A stretch of 64,000 nucleotides of DNA from Bacteroidota bacterium (GCA_003554865.1 PWHJ01000025.1:6822-70821), one strand, 5' to 3'. Positions 29,143 to 40,111 are shown, counted from the stretch's first letter. Numbers and translations: made by a program. Notes: generated by a model from the letters alone, not told the origin.

Positions 29143-31260
29143 ATGGGAACATTAGAGAACATAAGAAACAGGGCAGGGGTTTTGGTAACAGTTGTTATAG
29201 GATTGGCTCTGGTCGCTTTTATACTGGGTGATATACTTGGCACAGGAGGACAGTCCCTTTTCACAAGAACTCAGTTTGAAATAGCGGAGATCGCCGGAAA
29301 GTCAATATCTTACCAAAATTTCCAGGAGAGGTTTGACAATTTGGCCGAAATATACAGGCTAAACACAGGAGAAGAAAGCCTGGATGAGGGTACACGCAGC
29401 GAACTGCTGGACGATACCTGGGAGATGCTTTTACGTGAAATTATACTTGAGGAGGAATATCAGGAGATCGGCCTTGCTGTCACTTCAGAAGAGATGTACG
29501 ACATGATACGTGGCGAGCATATCCACCCAATAGTACGCCAGCTTTTTACTGATCCTTCCACGGGGATGTTCGACGAGGAGCATGTTACGCAGTTCCTCAG
29601 GTCGATGGACCAGGACCCGTCGGGCCAGCAAAGGGCTTACTGGTTATATATTGAGAACGAAATTATGCGTGAGAGAAAGAAAACAAAATATAACAACCTT
29701 CTCAACAAAGGTCTTTATATTACCTCCCTTGAAGCTGAAAATGCTGCTCAAAACAGAAACAGGAGGGTTGACTTCGAGTTTATCTCAAAGCCTTACACAA
29801 CTATAAGCGATGATGAGGTTGAGGTCAGCAACTCAGAGATCAGAAGATATTACCGCAGAAATAGTGATAAGTTTCACCAGGAGGCATCAAGGGATATAGA
29901 ATATGTTTCATTTGATGTAGAGCCTTCCGAGGAAGACGATATTGAAGCCAGAGAGTGGATAGAGAATATAAAGGATGATTTCAGGGAAGTGGAAACTGAC
30001 AGGCTTAGTCAATTTGTCAGGGCAAACTCTGATGAGCCTTTTGACCGTACTAATTACAGCTACGGCGAGTTACCCGATGAAATTAATGATTTTATGTTCA
30101 ATGCCGATCCGGGCGACATTTACGGGCCTTATTTCGATGAAGGAGATAATACTTATAAGCTTGCCAGATTGGCAGAGATCAATTATATGCCCGATTCGGT
30201 AAGGGCAAGGCATATTCTCATTCAGCCCGACCGCGAGCTTTCACATGAGGAAGCCGATGAGCTGGCCGGGGAGCTGCTTGATAAGATCAACCGCGGCGAA
30301 AGTTTTGAGGAGCTTGCAATAGAGCACTCTCAAGACGGCGGATCTCGTTTTGAAGGCGGAGACCTCGGCTGGTTCAGTCAAGGTGAAATGATTGAAGAAT
30401 TCAGCAGGGCAAGCTTTGAGGCTGACATTGGAGAAACTTTTATTGTGGAGACTGATTTCGGTTTCCATGTTGTAGAAATTTTAAACCGTTCAAGTGAGGT
30501 AAAAAAGGTACAGGTTGCCAAACTGGTACGTGAAGTTGTTCCGGGATCGGATACTTATCAGGAAGTATACCGCAAAGCGGTGGAATTTGCGGGCAACGCC
30601 AACACATATGAAGATTTTGTTAATATCATAGAAAAAGAGGGCCTTACCAAAAGAACTGCAAACAATGTGCGTGCATCTGACCGGAGCATTCCCGGGTTCG
30701 AATCACCACGGGAGCTTATAAGATGGGCATTTGAAGCTGAAGAACACGATGTTTCTTCCATACTGGAGCTTCAGGACAGGTTTGTAATTGCAGCTATTCC
30801 TGAAGTAAGAGAGGAAGGAACCCGGCCTTTGGAGGAAGTAAGGGATGAAATAGTTCGCTCCATAAGAAAGGAGAAAAAAGGTGAAAAAATTGCCGGCGAA
30901 CTGAGAAGGCAAATTAATGAAGCAGGCTCCTTTGAAGAGCTTGCTCAAAGTTTAAACAAGCAAATTGAAGAGGCTTCCGGTATAAGTTTTACTTCATTCT
31001 CAGTTCCGGGAGCCGGAACTGAGCCGAAGCTCATAGGTGCAGCAGTTTCGCTTGAAAGCGGCGAAATGTCGCCTCCCGTTACTGGAGAAAACGGGGTTTA
31101 TGTTGTAAGGTTAAATGACACTTACCTGACTCAAGAGCCCGATTATGAGAGGGAAAAAGAGCGGCTTCGGGATGCGGCACGGTCAAGGGTGAACAACGAA
31201 GCTTTTGAAGCTCTGAAAAAACTTGCAGATATAAAAGATAAGCGCTATAAATTCTTTTAA
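29143..31260 (+). CDS. ppiD: Periplasmic folding chaperone / peptidyl-prolyl isomerase PpiD (SurA N-terminal + parvulin)
   Basis: N-terminal TM (LENIRNR..L...IGLALVAFIL), SVRARHILI, FEELA..HSQD, GGDLGWF, ETDFGFHVV. Confidence 0.88.
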   Translation: MGTLENIRNRAGVLVTVVIGLALVAFILGDILGTGGQSLFTRTQFEIAEIAGKSISYQNFQERFDNLAEIYRLNTGEESLDEGTRSELLDDTWEMLLREIILEEEYQEIGLAVTSEEMYDMIRGEHIHPIVRQLFTDPSTGMFDEEHVTQFLRSMDQDPSGQQRAYWLYIENEIMRERKKTKYNNLLNKGLYITSLEAENAAQNRNRRVDFEFISKPYTTISDDEVEVSNSEIRRYYRRNSDKFHQEASRDIEYVSFDVEPSEEDDIEAREWIENIKDDFREVETDRLSQFVRANSDEPFDRTNYSYGELPDEINDFMFNADPGDIYGPYFDEGDNTYKLARLAEINYMPDSVRARHILIQPDRELSHEEADELAGELLDKINRGESFEELAIEHSQDGGSRFEGGDLGWFSQGEMIEEFSRASFEADIGETFIVETDFGFHVVEILNRSSEVKKVQVAKLVREVVPGSDTYQEVYRKAVEFAGNANTYEDFVNIIEKEGLTKRTANNVRASDRSIPGFESPRELIRWAFEAEEHDVSSILELQDRFVIAAIPEVREEGTRPLEEVRDEIVRSIRKEKKGEKIAGELRRQINEAGSFEELAQSLNKQIEEASGISFTSFSVPGAGTEPKLIGAAVSLESGEMSPPVTGENGVYVVRLNDTYLTQEPDYEREKERLRDAARSRVNNEAFEALKKLADIKDKRYKFF

Positions 31261-31282
31261 GCAGCACACAAACACAAACGAC

Positions 31283-31325
31283 AAACTGGGGCGTCTCAAA
31301 CAGCGGGACGCCCCCTGTTTTTATT
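31283..31325. terminator. Terminator between convergent ppiD and ftsZ
   Basis: GGGGCGTCTC - 7 nt - GGGACGCCCC followed by TGTTTTTATT. Confidence 0.7.
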
Positions 31326-31339
31326 GAGAATGACCCTTT

Positions 31340-32821
31340 TTAGTCGACATTGTCATGGAGATAGGAATTGTCCGGCCTTATCTTTGGTCCCTCCTCATCA
31401 CTATCTGAAAGCGTATACCTGGAGACTTTGCAATCATTTGAAAATCCGCTAACGCTGATATCAATCTTTTTTCGCTTATAGGCAGGCTGATCCTCCAGCT
31501 CATCAATTTCCTCTTTTTCATTAATATTAAGGTATTTTTTATCCCTGAGCTTGCTTTGCGCCTCCTTTAGCTTCTGCAAACGGTTACCTGCGGTGGTTTC
31601 ATCAACAGGCTTATAACTGCCGGTCTCCTCTTTTTCAGATTCTTCGGTTTGTCTGTTGTAATTGTCTTCAATATCAAACTCGATCTCCTTTTGCTTAACT
31701 TTAAATTCAAGCTCCGGGGAAGTATCCCCTATGCTTTCATCTGCAGGTGAAACAGGCTGATCTGCATCTCTGTCTTTTTCATTAAGAGGGGTATCCTCTA
31801 GCGGGATCTTTTCAGATTTGTTTTTCTCCTTGTACAACTCGGGAATTGTACCGGACTCAAAACCGGTAGCAATAATTGTTACCGATAAAGCTTTATTCAA
31901 TGACACGTCACTGCAGGTTCCCCATATAATATTTGTGTTGGCTGCTGTCTCATTTGTAACATAGTCAGTAATATCTCCTATTTCGTCCATGCTGACCTCT
32001 TCGCTGCCGGAGGCAATATTCAGAAGTATATTCTTTGCTCCCCTTATATCATTATTGTTCAACAAAGGAGATGATATTGCTTCCTGTATGGCTTTAACAG
32101 CCCTGTTCTCACCTTCAGCGGCTCCCGAGCCAAGCAAGGCAACACCGCTGTTGGTCATAACGGTTTGAACGTCTGCAAAATCAACGTTAACATGACCGTG
32201 CACCGTTATGATTTCGGCTATTCCCTTGGCAGCGGAAGTAAGAACATTGTCCGCTTTTGAGAAGGCATCGCTCAGTCTGAGATTACCAAACACCTCCCTT
32301 AATTTTTCATTGTTTATAACAAGCAAAGAATCAACATGCTGCCTTATTTCCCTGATGCCGTTTATTGCCTGGTTTATTCTCAGCTGACCCTCGAACCGGA
32401 ATGGTATTGTAACAATAGCAACAGTAAGAATACCCATTTCTTTGGTCGCTTTTGCTATAACCGGCGCTGCACCGGTTCCTGTACCACCACCAAGCCCGGC
32501 AGTAATGAAAACCATTTTGGTGTTGGCCTTAAGGCACTCGGTCACATCATCCAGACTTTCAATGGCAGCCTGTTTGCCTATCTCGGGTTTGTTACCGGCT
32601 CCCCTTCCTTCAGTTAAGGTTTCCCCAAGCTGAACCTTAACGGGTACCGGACTGTTGACCAGGGCTTGTGAATCTGTATTGCAAACTATGAAATTCACAT
32701 CTTTTATTCCCATTTCAAACATGTGATTCACGGCATTACCCCCACCTCCGCCAACACCAAGTACTTTTATCATTGATGAACGATCGGCGGGCAGATCAAA
32801 GTTTATTAGTTCTTCGGCCAT
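31340..32821 (-). CDS. ftsZ: Cell division protein FtsZ
   Basis: GVGGGGGNAV, NTDSQAL, tubulin motif GGGTGTG, NVDFADV, Bacteroidetes C-terminus NSYLHDNVD. Confidence 0.99.
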   Translation of the reverse strand: MAEELINFDLPADRSSMIKVLGVGGGGGNAVNHMFEMGIKDVNFIVCNTDSQALVNSPVPVKVQLGETLTEGRGAGNKPEIGKQAAIESLDDVTECLKANTKMVFITAGLGGGTGTGAAPVIAKATKEMGILTVAIVTIPFRFEGQLRINQAINGIREIRQHVDSLLVINNEKLREVFGNLRLSDAFSKADNVLTSAAKGIAEIITVHGHVNVDFADVQTVMTNSGVALLGSGAAEGENRAVKAIQEAISSPLLNNNDIRGAKNILLNIASGSEEVSMDEIGDITDYVTNETAANTNIIWGTCSDVSLNKALSVTIIATGFESGTIPELYKEKNKSEKIPLEDTPLNEKDRDADQPVSPADESIGDTSPELEFKVKQKEIEFDIEDNYNRQTEESEKEETGSYKPVDETTAGNRLQKLKEAQSKLRDKKYLNINEKEEIDELEDQPAYKRKKIDISVSGFSNDCKVSRYTLSDSDEEGPKIRPDNSYLHDNVD

Positions 32822-32859
32822 ATAAAGAGAGTTTAGATTTTTTCACATTTATTTATTTG

Positions 32860-34191
32860 CTACATTTCCACATCTTCATCATCAAACAGATCGGTTATAG
32901 TTTTCTTAAGGTTATCAAAGAGGCTTTTTGAAGCTTTGCTTTTTTCACTGTCAGAGTCAGGCTGTTTTTCTTCCTCCTGATCTGTTTTAACCTCTTTTAT
33001 TGCCGACTCGGCTTTCTGTTCCCTTTCGTAGAACTGATAACCCTTCAGGATCAGTCCCACAGCAGTTGAATAAGTCGGATGATTTACTTCCTGTTGTGCA
33101 TCACCGGCCAGATGCTCATTGGGTAACCCAACCCTAACATCAAGACCCGTTTTGAACTTTACAAGCTGAGGCAAATGTCTTAACAAAGCACCGCCTCCGG
33201 TTATAACTATTCCGGCACTTAACCTCTCATAAAACCCGGAACCTTCTATCTCAAAAAGAGCAGCATCGATAATCTCTTCCATGCGGCTTTGTATTATATA
33301 CGCCAAATTCTTAAAGGAGATCTCCTTCGGCTCTCTTCCGCTTATTCCGGGGATGGTTACCACTTTGTCTTCCGGGGCGATCTCTCCCAAAGCCGAACCG
33401 AACTGTTTTTTCAAAAGTTCCGCCTGACGGTGCAATATGGAGCAACCCTTTTTTATATCCTCGGTCACCACATTGCCGCCAAAGGGAATTACGGCTGTAT
33501 GCCTTATAATACCGTCATAATACACAACAAGATCACTTGTTCCTCCCCCAATGTCAATAAGTGTAACACCGGCTTCCTTCTCATCTTCAGTCAGAGTTGC
33601 TTCAGCCGAGGCAAGGGGTTCAAGTATAAGGTCAATAATTCTCAAACCTGCCCTGCCGACACATTTTTCTATATTTTTTGCCGATGCCTGTTGTCCGATT
33701 ACAATATTAAAATTCGCCTCAAGCCTTTTGCCGTTCATTCCAACAGGATTTTTAATCCCGTGCTCATTGTCGACAATGTAGCTTTGAGGCAGTACATGAA
33801 TAATCTCTTCCCCGGTATCAATGGGAATTTTATGCATATCATTAATAAGGGCGTATATATCTTCCCTTGTTATTTCAGTATCATAGGAATCGCGGTTTAT
33901 GTAACCCCTGTTGCGAATGCTTTTTATGTACTGGCCGGCAATACCGACAAAAACTTCATTGATATTACTAATACCCGCCTGACGCCAGGCTTCATCAACC
34001 GTTTTTTGGATTGCATTTACCGTTTCCTCAATATTTAAAATAGTACCTCTTTTTACTCCGGTTGATTCTGCCCGGCTAAGACCCAGAACATCTATCCTTC
34101 CCTTCTGGTTCTTCTGACCTATGATGGAAACGATCTTTGTCGTTCCAATATCGATTGCGGCCAGCATTTGAGTTTTCTTTGACGTCTGCAT
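32860..34191 (-). CDS. ftsA: Cell division protein FtsA
   Basis: IDIGTTKI, LEPLAS, IDIGGGTSD, VITGGGA, and position in the dcw cluster. Confidence 0.97.
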   Translation of the reverse strand: MQTSKKTQMLAAIDIGTTKIVSIIGQKNQKGRIDVLGLSRAESTGVKRGTILNIEETVNAIQKTVDEAWRQAGISNINEVFVGIAGQYIKSIRNRGYINRDSYDTEITREDIYALINDMHKIPIDTGEEIIHVLPQSYIVDNEHGIKNPVGMNGKRLEANFNIVIGQQASAKNIEKCVGRAGLRIIDLILEPLASAEATLTEDEKEAGVTLIDIGGGTSDLVVYYDGIIRHTAVIPFGGNVVTEDIKKGCSILHRQAELLKKQFGSALGEIAPEDKVVTIPGISGREPKEISFKNLAYIIQSRMEEIIDAALFEIEGSGFYERLSAGIVITGGGALLRHLPQLVKFKTGLDVRVGLPNEHLAGDAQQEVNHPTYSTAVGLILKGYQFYEREQKAESAIKEVKTDQEEEKQPDSDSEKSKASKSLFDNLKKTITDLFDDEDVEM

Positions 34192-34206
34192 AAATATTTA
34201 GTTTTT

Positions 34207-34992
34207 TTACCTTCTGGTACAAACAACCTGATTATCAAATCTTAAATCTATTATTTCATAACTATTCCATCCTTTCTCTCCAAAATCATGATCATAAAGC
34301 GCCCTGAGCTTTTTAAACTTAACCTTATAATCTTTTATGTCTCCCAATTTTATAATGTGCGCACCAACCCTGGGCACAAGCTCAAAACCGCCATCTTCAC
34401 GAACATAAACCTGAGTTATCTGCGAGCGCCAAAAATCATCGCTGTCAATAAACCTGGCAAGGGTATAAAGCTCCTCTGCAATACCTTCATAAGTTCCCGA
34501 TCCGTCACTTTCGGAAAAGACTTTTTCGCCGGGATTGAGTTTATCCGGGATATGGCCGTTAGCTATAAGTACACGACTGGTGTATCTTGAAGAAACAGGA
34601 AGAACAACTCCTTCTTTATCAATATAATAACCATCTCCTTCACTGTCAATGATACGCAAAACCGGATCCCTTTGATAAACATCAACTACAAGCCTGCCGC
34701 CTGATGTTTTATATATATCCGTTTTTTTTACAAAGGGCTGACGGTCAACTGCTCTTTCAAGCTCTTTTGCATTTATTGAAGAAAGGGGATATCCCAGCAG
34801 ATTTTCATTTTTTTCATTGAGTATTCCATTTATTTCTTCATTTGTTACAAAGGAATTTCCTGAACTTTCGGGAATCCTTACTTCAATATTTTCGCAAACC
34901 GCCTCTTCGTGCCTTGAGATCAAAAAGCCGGGCACTACAAAAAGATATGCAATAAAGATAACCCACCACGATATGATTTTAAATCTCTTCAT
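34207..34992 (-). CDS. ftsQ: Cell division protein FtsQ/DivIB
   Basis: N-terminal TM, POTRA-like region, C-terminal IDLRFDNQVV, located between murC and ftsA. Confidence 0.88.
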   Translation of the reverse strand: MKRFKIISWWVIFIAYLFVVPGFLISRHEEAVCENIEVRIPESSGNSFVTNEEINGILNEKNENLLGYPLSSINAKELERAVDRQPFVKKTDIYKTSGGRLVVDVYQRDPVLRIIDSEGDGYYIDKEGVVLPVSSRYTSRVLIANGHIPDKLNPGEKVFSESDGSGTYEGIAEELYTLARFIDSDDFWRSQITQVYVREDGGFELVPRVGAHIIKLGDIKDYKVKFKKLRALYDHDFGEKGWNSYEIIDLRFDNQVVCTRR

Positions 34993-36392
34993 TTCATATT
35001 TAATTTTTCAGTTTTCAGCCGTTTTTCCAAAGGTCCGACAAGTTTGTCAATGTCTCCCGCCCCTATTGTTACAAGCAGATCAAATTTGAAATTACCGATA
35101 ATATTGAGCAATTCATTGTAATTACACATATACTTCTGTTTCAAATTAACTTCTTTAAAAATTATGCCCGAATTTACCCCTTCAATGGGAGCCTCCCTTG
35201 CCGGGTAAATATCGAGCAATATCAAACAATCCAGCATCTCCAGGCTCCGTGCAAATTCTTCGGCAAAATCCCTTGTACGGGAATAGAGATGAGGCTGAAA
35301 TATGCCGGTAATTTTCCTGCCTGGATATATCTCCCTGAGTGAACTGATAAATGCATTAATTTCCTTAGGATGGTGTGCATAATCATCGATAAACACTATT
35401 TCGGGAGTGTTTATCCGAACATCCATACGGCGGGACACACCCTGAAAACTTTTTACAGCTTTTTTTACCTCCTCCCGTTTTACCCCGTTTATCAAGGCAA
35501 CAGCCGATGCTGCAATAATATTTTCCACGTTTATTAATCCGGGCACACCTGTTTCAAGGCCTGTTATATTCCCTGAAGGGGTAACAAGATCAAACCTGTA
35601 TAAACCGTTGCCGGTAATTCGTAAATTGACAGCATAATAATCGGCTTCTTCTTTGAGAGAATAAGAAAATACATTAGGGCCGGTGGAGAGATTTAAAATA
35701 CGGGTCACATCTTTGTGCAGGAGCAGATCACCTTTTTCTTTTGCAACTCCTGCAAATTTGGTGAACGTTTCCTTAAGCTCACCGAAGCTTTTGTATATGT
35801 CAAGATGATCGGTATCAACAGATGTGATTACTGCCGATTTCGGTGAAAGTCTCAAAAGGGAACGGTCAAACTCATCAGCTTCGGCAACTATTATATCCGA
35901 ATTTTCAGCCATCAGGAAATTGGTATTGTAATTCCTGGAAATACCTCCCAAAAACGCGGTGCAGTCGACTTGCGACTGTTTAAAAATATGGGCGGCCATT
36001 GTTGAAACAGTTGTTTTACCATGTGTACCTGCAACCGCAACCCCGCAGGCATTGTTGAATATCTTTCCGAGCAATTCAGCCCTTTTGAGGAGGTTGTAGC
36101 CATTTTCGCTGAAATATTTCAAAAGAGGGTTGCCGGCCGGTACTGCAGGAGTATATACAACCATAGTGGTGCCCCGGTTTTCCGGGAGTTTAAACTCCAC
36201 CGGCAACCGGTCGGGTTCAGAACCGTATGTCATAACAACACCCTCGCTTTTAAGCTGGTCTGTCAGTGCAGTTTGCATACGGTCATACCCGGCCACATGT
36301 TTGCCGGTTTTTTTAAAATACCTGGCCAGGGCACTCATTCCAATACCACCTGCACCAATGAGATAAACATATTTGACCTTTTTAAGCTCCAC
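34989..36392 (-). CDS. murC: UDP-N-acetylmuramate--L-alanine ligase
   Basis: GAGGIGMSALA, AGTHGKTT, EADEFDRS, DDYAHHP, FQPHLYSRT. GTG start. Confidence 0.97.
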   Translation of the reverse strand: MELKKVKYVYLIGAGGIGMSALARYFKKTGKHVAGYDRMQTALTDQLKSEGVVMTYGSEPDRLPVEFKLPENRGTTMVVYTPAVPAGNPLLKYFSENGYNLLKRAELLGKIFNNACGVAVAGTHGKTTVSTMAAHIFKQSQVDCTAFLGGISRNYNTNFLMAENSDIIVAEADEFDRSLLRLSPKSAVITSVDTDHLDIYKSFGELKETFTKFAGVAKEKGDLLLHKDVTRILNLSTGPNVFSYSLKEEADYYAVNLRITGNGLYRFDLVTPSGNITGLETGVPGLINVENIIAASAVALINGVKREEVKKAVKSFQGVSRRMDVRINTPEIVFIDDYAHHPKEINAFISSLREIYPGRKITGIFQPHLYSRTRDFAEEFARSLEMLDCLILLDIYPAREAPIEGVNSGIIFKEVNLKQKYMCNYNELLNIIGNFKFDLLVTIGAGDIDKLVGPLEKRLKTEKLNMK

Positions 36393-36399
36393 CTCTGCT

Positions 36400-37518
36400 T
36401 TACCTTTTTATATACGACAATATTATCTCTGTGATCTTTTCAGCCGAATCACTCACAGACATTGCTTTTGCATTATTTTTCAACATCTCCAGCTTATCAT
36501 CGTCTTTTATAAGTGACAATAGCTGAGGGACCATTTTTTGCTCCGCTTCACTGTCAGAGACCATCAATGCGGCATTTTGCCTTACCATGGACATGGCGTT
36601 TTTTTTCTGATGATCGGCGGCAACATTTGAAGAAGGGACGAGAATGGAAGGTTTTCCGGCATTTTGCAGCTCGGAGACTGTCAATGCCCCTGCACGTGAT
36701 ACCACAAGATCGGCAGCCGCATAAGCCAGGTCCATCCGCTCTATAAAATCAAAAAGATAAATATTTGATGCACCTGAGTCTTGCAGATCAGAAAAAGCAT
36801 CTTCATAATAATTCATGCCGCATTGCCACAGTATATCTATCCCGGCACAGCCAAGCCGGCCGAGATTTTGACGCATTATTTTATTGATTATTCCGGCACC
36901 GCCGCTGCCGCCGAGAACAAGGAGAACTTTTTTATTCCCATTAAGACCGAAATAACTGTATGCATCACCTTTTTTCTTATCTGCATTTTGCAAATCTTTT
37001 CTTACCGGGTTGCCGGTGAGAACAATCTTATCGGAAGGAAAATATTTTTCCATGCCGCCATAGGCAACACAAACCTTTCTGGCTTTTCTTGCAAGAAACC
37101 GGTTTGTTATGCCCGCATGGGAATTCTGCTCCTGCAATACAAGCGGCACATTACTGCGTAAAGCGGCCAATCCGACCGGTCCGCTTGCATATCCGCCCAC
37201 CCCCACCACAACATCGGGCCTGAAAGATCTAACTATTTTACCGGCCTTTACCATACTTTTAAAAAGCTTCGTAAAAAACTGTAAATTGCGAATCGAAAAT
37301 GATCTGTGAAAACCCATAACCGGGATCCCCTCAATGCTGAAACCGGCCTCGGGCACTTTTTCCATCTCCATCCTCCCGTTTGCTCCCACAAACAATATTT
37401 CCAAAGCGGGATAAGCTTTCTTAAGCTCCCTGGCAATGGCTATTGCAGGGTAGACATGACCGCCGGTCCCGCCCCCGCTTATTATAACCCTGGCGCTTAT
37501 GTTATCACCTTTTTTCAT
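36400..37518 (-). CDS. murG: Undecaprenyl-PP-MurNAc-pentapeptide GlcNAc transferase
   Basis: SGGGTGGHVYPA, GGYASGP, QEQNS, GNPVR, SRAGA, DHQ..NA. Confidence 0.97.
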   Translation of the reverse strand: MKKGDNISARVIISGGGTGGHVYPAIAIARELKKAYPALEILFVGANGRMEMEKVPEAGFSIEGIPVMGFHRSFSIRNLQFFTKLFKSMVKAGKIVRSFRPDVVVGVGGYASGPVGLAALRSNVPLVLQEQNSHAGITNRFLARKARKVCVAYGGMEKYFPSDKIVLTGNPVRKDLQNADKKKGDAYSYFGLNGNKKVLLVLGGSGGAGIINKIMRQNLGRLGCAGIDILWQCGMNYYEDAFSDLQDSGASNIYLFDFIERMDLAYAAADLVVSRAGALTVSELQNAGKPSILVPSSNVAADHQKKNAMSMVRQNAALMVSDSEAEQKMVPQLLSLIKDDDKLEMLKNNAKAMSVSDSAEKITEIILSYIKR

Positions 37519-37548
37519 TGTATTTACAAAACTTTTTAAAGCCAAAAT

Positions 37549-38760
37549 TCATACATTAGGGTTTATGCTGGCAGAAATATCTTCCGGCTCAATTCTCTGT
37601 TTAAGTATTGTTTCGGTATTTTCAACAAAATCTTCTCTTTTGTTGACACCATGACTAACACTCAGTATTATTCCAAATGCTATACTTGTGAACAGAAGAG
37701 AAGACCCTCCCATGCTGACAAGGGGAAGGGGCTGGCCTGTAACAGGCAGAAGGTTGACCGAGACAGCCATATTTATAATAGCCTGGAAAACAATTATCAA
37801 AGTCAGGCCAATAGCAAGAAACGCCGGAAATGTGCGTTCACTTTTTCGCACAATCACACCGGCACGGTAAAGAAGCCAAAGGTAAAAAAACAATATTGTC
37901 ACACCACCCACAAGACCATACTCTTCAACAATTATTGCATAAATAAAATCGGAATAGGGATAAGGCAAAAAGTTGCGCTGGGTGCTTTTGCCGGGACCCT
38001 TTCCAATGACCCCGCCGGTGGCAATTGCAATCTTCGACTGCTCAACCTGATAACTGTCGGTTTCCTCTGTCCCCACATAATTGACAACCCTGCTTTTCCA
38101 TGTACCTATCCGGCCTTCACTGTGGGTGTAAACGGCTACGGATATAAAAATGCCAACCAGCAGTATGCTGACACCCGCGAGCGATAGCAGATAGCGTGAG
38201 CGGATGCGTCCTATAAACATCAAAACCACACAAGTGGAAAAAAGAATAATTGCCGTTGAAAGATTTGCAGGCATGATCAAACCACAAACAATCAACACAG
38301 GCAGCAAAATGGCAAAAAATGAATGTTTCAGGTCTTTTATGTTGTTTTGTTTCATTGACAGCAACCTTGCAAGGTACATCACAAGGGATATTTTTGCCAG
38401 GTCACTTGTCTGCAATGTTATCCCAAGTCCGGGAAGCGTAAGCCAGCGTGTAGCCTCGTTAATGCTTGTCCCCATGAAAAGGGTTACCACCAGCATGACG
38501 GTTGAAATAAGCAAAAATAACTGGGAAAGCTTTGAATAGAGCCTGTAGGGAATAAGATGAACCACATAAATGATAAACAGACCGAGCATCAGTATTGAAA
38601 AATGCTTTATTATATAGTATGCCGTGTTACCGCCCTGAAACCGGTAAGCAAGAGTGCCGGTTGAACTGTATACTGCAAGCAGTGAAACGATCGAAAGGAA
38701 TATAATTACCGACCATATAACCTTGTCGCCTTTCAGGTATTTGTTGAATATTTCAGACAT
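37549..38760 (-). CDS. ftsW: SEDS peptidoglycan glycosyltransferase FtsW
   Basis: Multi-TM, ATRWL, YQV.QS.IAIATGG..GKG, SDFIYAIIVEEYG, PVTGQPLPLVSMGGSS. Confidence 0.95.
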   Translation of the reverse strand: MSEIFNKYLKGDKVIWSVIIFLSIVSLLAVYSSTGTLAYRFQGGNTAYYIIKHFSILMLGLFIIYVVHLIPYRLYSKLSQLFLLISTVMLVVTLFMGTSINEATRWLTLPGLGITLQTSDLAKISLVMYLARLLSMKQNNIKDLKHSFFAILLPVLIVCGLIMPANLSTAIILFSTCVVLMFIGRIRSRYLLSLAGVSILLVGIFISVAVYTHSEGRIGTWKSRVVNYVGTEETDSYQVEQSKIAIATGGVIGKGPGKSTQRNFLPYPYSDFIYAIIVEEYGLVGGVTILFFYLWLLYRAGVIVRKSERTFPAFLAIGLTLIIVFQAIINMAVSVNLLPVTGQPLPLVSMGGSSLLFTSIAFGIILSVSHGVNKREDFVENTETILKQRIEPEDISASINPNV

Positions 38761-38770
38761 AACCAATTAT

Positions 38771-40111
38771 TTATAAATTTCTCACACACTTTTTAAATTG
38801 ATTACCACGGTCTTCAAAGTTTTCAAACAGATCAAAACTTGCACATGCCGGCGACAGCAACACGGAGTCGCCCTCTTTTGCCAGGTAATAGGCACTCCTG
38901 ACAGCCTCCTCCATAGAAGTTGCCTCCACTATTGTGGGAACAACATCAACAAAAGCAGAACGTATTTTGGAGTTATCCTTTCCAAGGCAAACAACAGCCC
39001 TGACCTTATCCTTCACAAGGGGAGAGATCATAGAATAATCATTCCCTTTGTCAACACCTCCGGCTATCCATACTACTCCTTTATGCATACTTTCAAGGGC
39101 ATACCAGGTGGAGTTGATATTGGTCGCTTTTGAATCATTTATGAAATCGATCCCCCGGATACGCAAAACATGCTCCAGCCTGTGCTCTACCCCTTCAAAA
39201 CCGGAAAGGCTTTCACGAATTATTTCTTTGCGGATCCTCAGGATCTGTCCGGTTATCCCCGCCGCCATAGAGTTATAAGTATTATGCCTTCCTTTCAGTG
39301 CCAAATCGTCTTTTAACATAATTAATTTGTCGTTTATGGTTTTTATGACAATATTTTTACTTTCCAGCCATGCACCCTGATTACCCGGCAGCTTTTCAAT
39401 TGAAAACGGCAAAAGCTGCGCCTGTATATCTCTTTTTTGCACCTCTTCGTTCAACACAGGATCATCGATACAATAAACAAAAAAGTTTTCCCGGCTCAGA
39501 TTTTTTGCAATGCGGAACTTTGAATCTGTATAAACACCCATATCGTTGCCGTAACGGTCAAGGTGATCAGGAGTTATGTTCATTAAAACTGCAATATGGG
39601 GATTGAAACTTACAATCCCGTCAAGCTGAAAACTGCTGAGCTCGATAACATAGAAATCATAATCGGCTTCAGCCACCTGCATTGAAAAACTTTTTCCCAC
39701 ATTTCCGGCAAGTGCCACATTCAGTCCGGCCTTTTTCAATATATCGTATATTAGCAATGCAGTAGTTGTCTTTCCGTTGCTGCCGGTAACACCGATTTTA
39801 ATACCGGAAGCGAATCGTGAGGCAAACTCTATTTCTGAAATAACGGGCACTCCTTTTTCATAAAGACTGCGCACTATGGGGATATTGTCAGGTATACCGG
39901 GACTCTTAACCACCTCGCGGGCATTCATGACAGAGGCGGCTGAATGTTTCCCCTCCTCCCACTCAATACCGCTGGCAACAAGAATATCCCGGTATAAAGG
40001 CTTTATAACCCCCGAATCCGAGAGGAATACATCATACCCCTTTTTCTTTGCCAGAACAGCGCAACCGGTTCCGCTTTCACCTCCGCCCAGTATGACTACT
40101 TTTTTATCCAT
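38771..40111 (-). CDS. murD: UDP-MurNAc-L-Ala--D-glutamate ligase
   Basis: KSPGIP, TGSNGKTTT, ELSSFQL, PDHLDRY, NDSKATN, LLSPACASFD. Confidence 0.97.
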   Translation of the reverse strand: MDKKVVILGGGESGTGCAVLAKKKGYDVFLSDSGVIKPLYRDILVASGIEWEEGKHSAASVMNAREVVKSPGIPDNIPIVRSLYEKGVPVISEIEFASRFASGIKIGVTGSNGKTTTALLIYDILKKAGLNVALAGNVGKSFSMQVAEADYDFYVIELSSFQLDGIVSFNPHIAVLMNITPDHLDRYGNDMGVYTDSKFRIAKNLSRENFFVYCIDDPVLNEEVQKRDIQAQLLPFSIEKLPGNQGAWLESKNIVIKTINDKLIMLKDDLALKGRHNTYNSMAAGITGQILRIRKEIIRESLSGFEGVEHRLEHVLRIRGIDFINDSKATNINSTWYALESMHKGVVWIAGGVDKGNDYSMISPLVKDKVRAVVCLGKDNSKIRSAFVDVVPTIVEATSMEEAVRSAYYLAKEGDSVLLSPACASFDLFENFEDRGNQFKKCVRNL

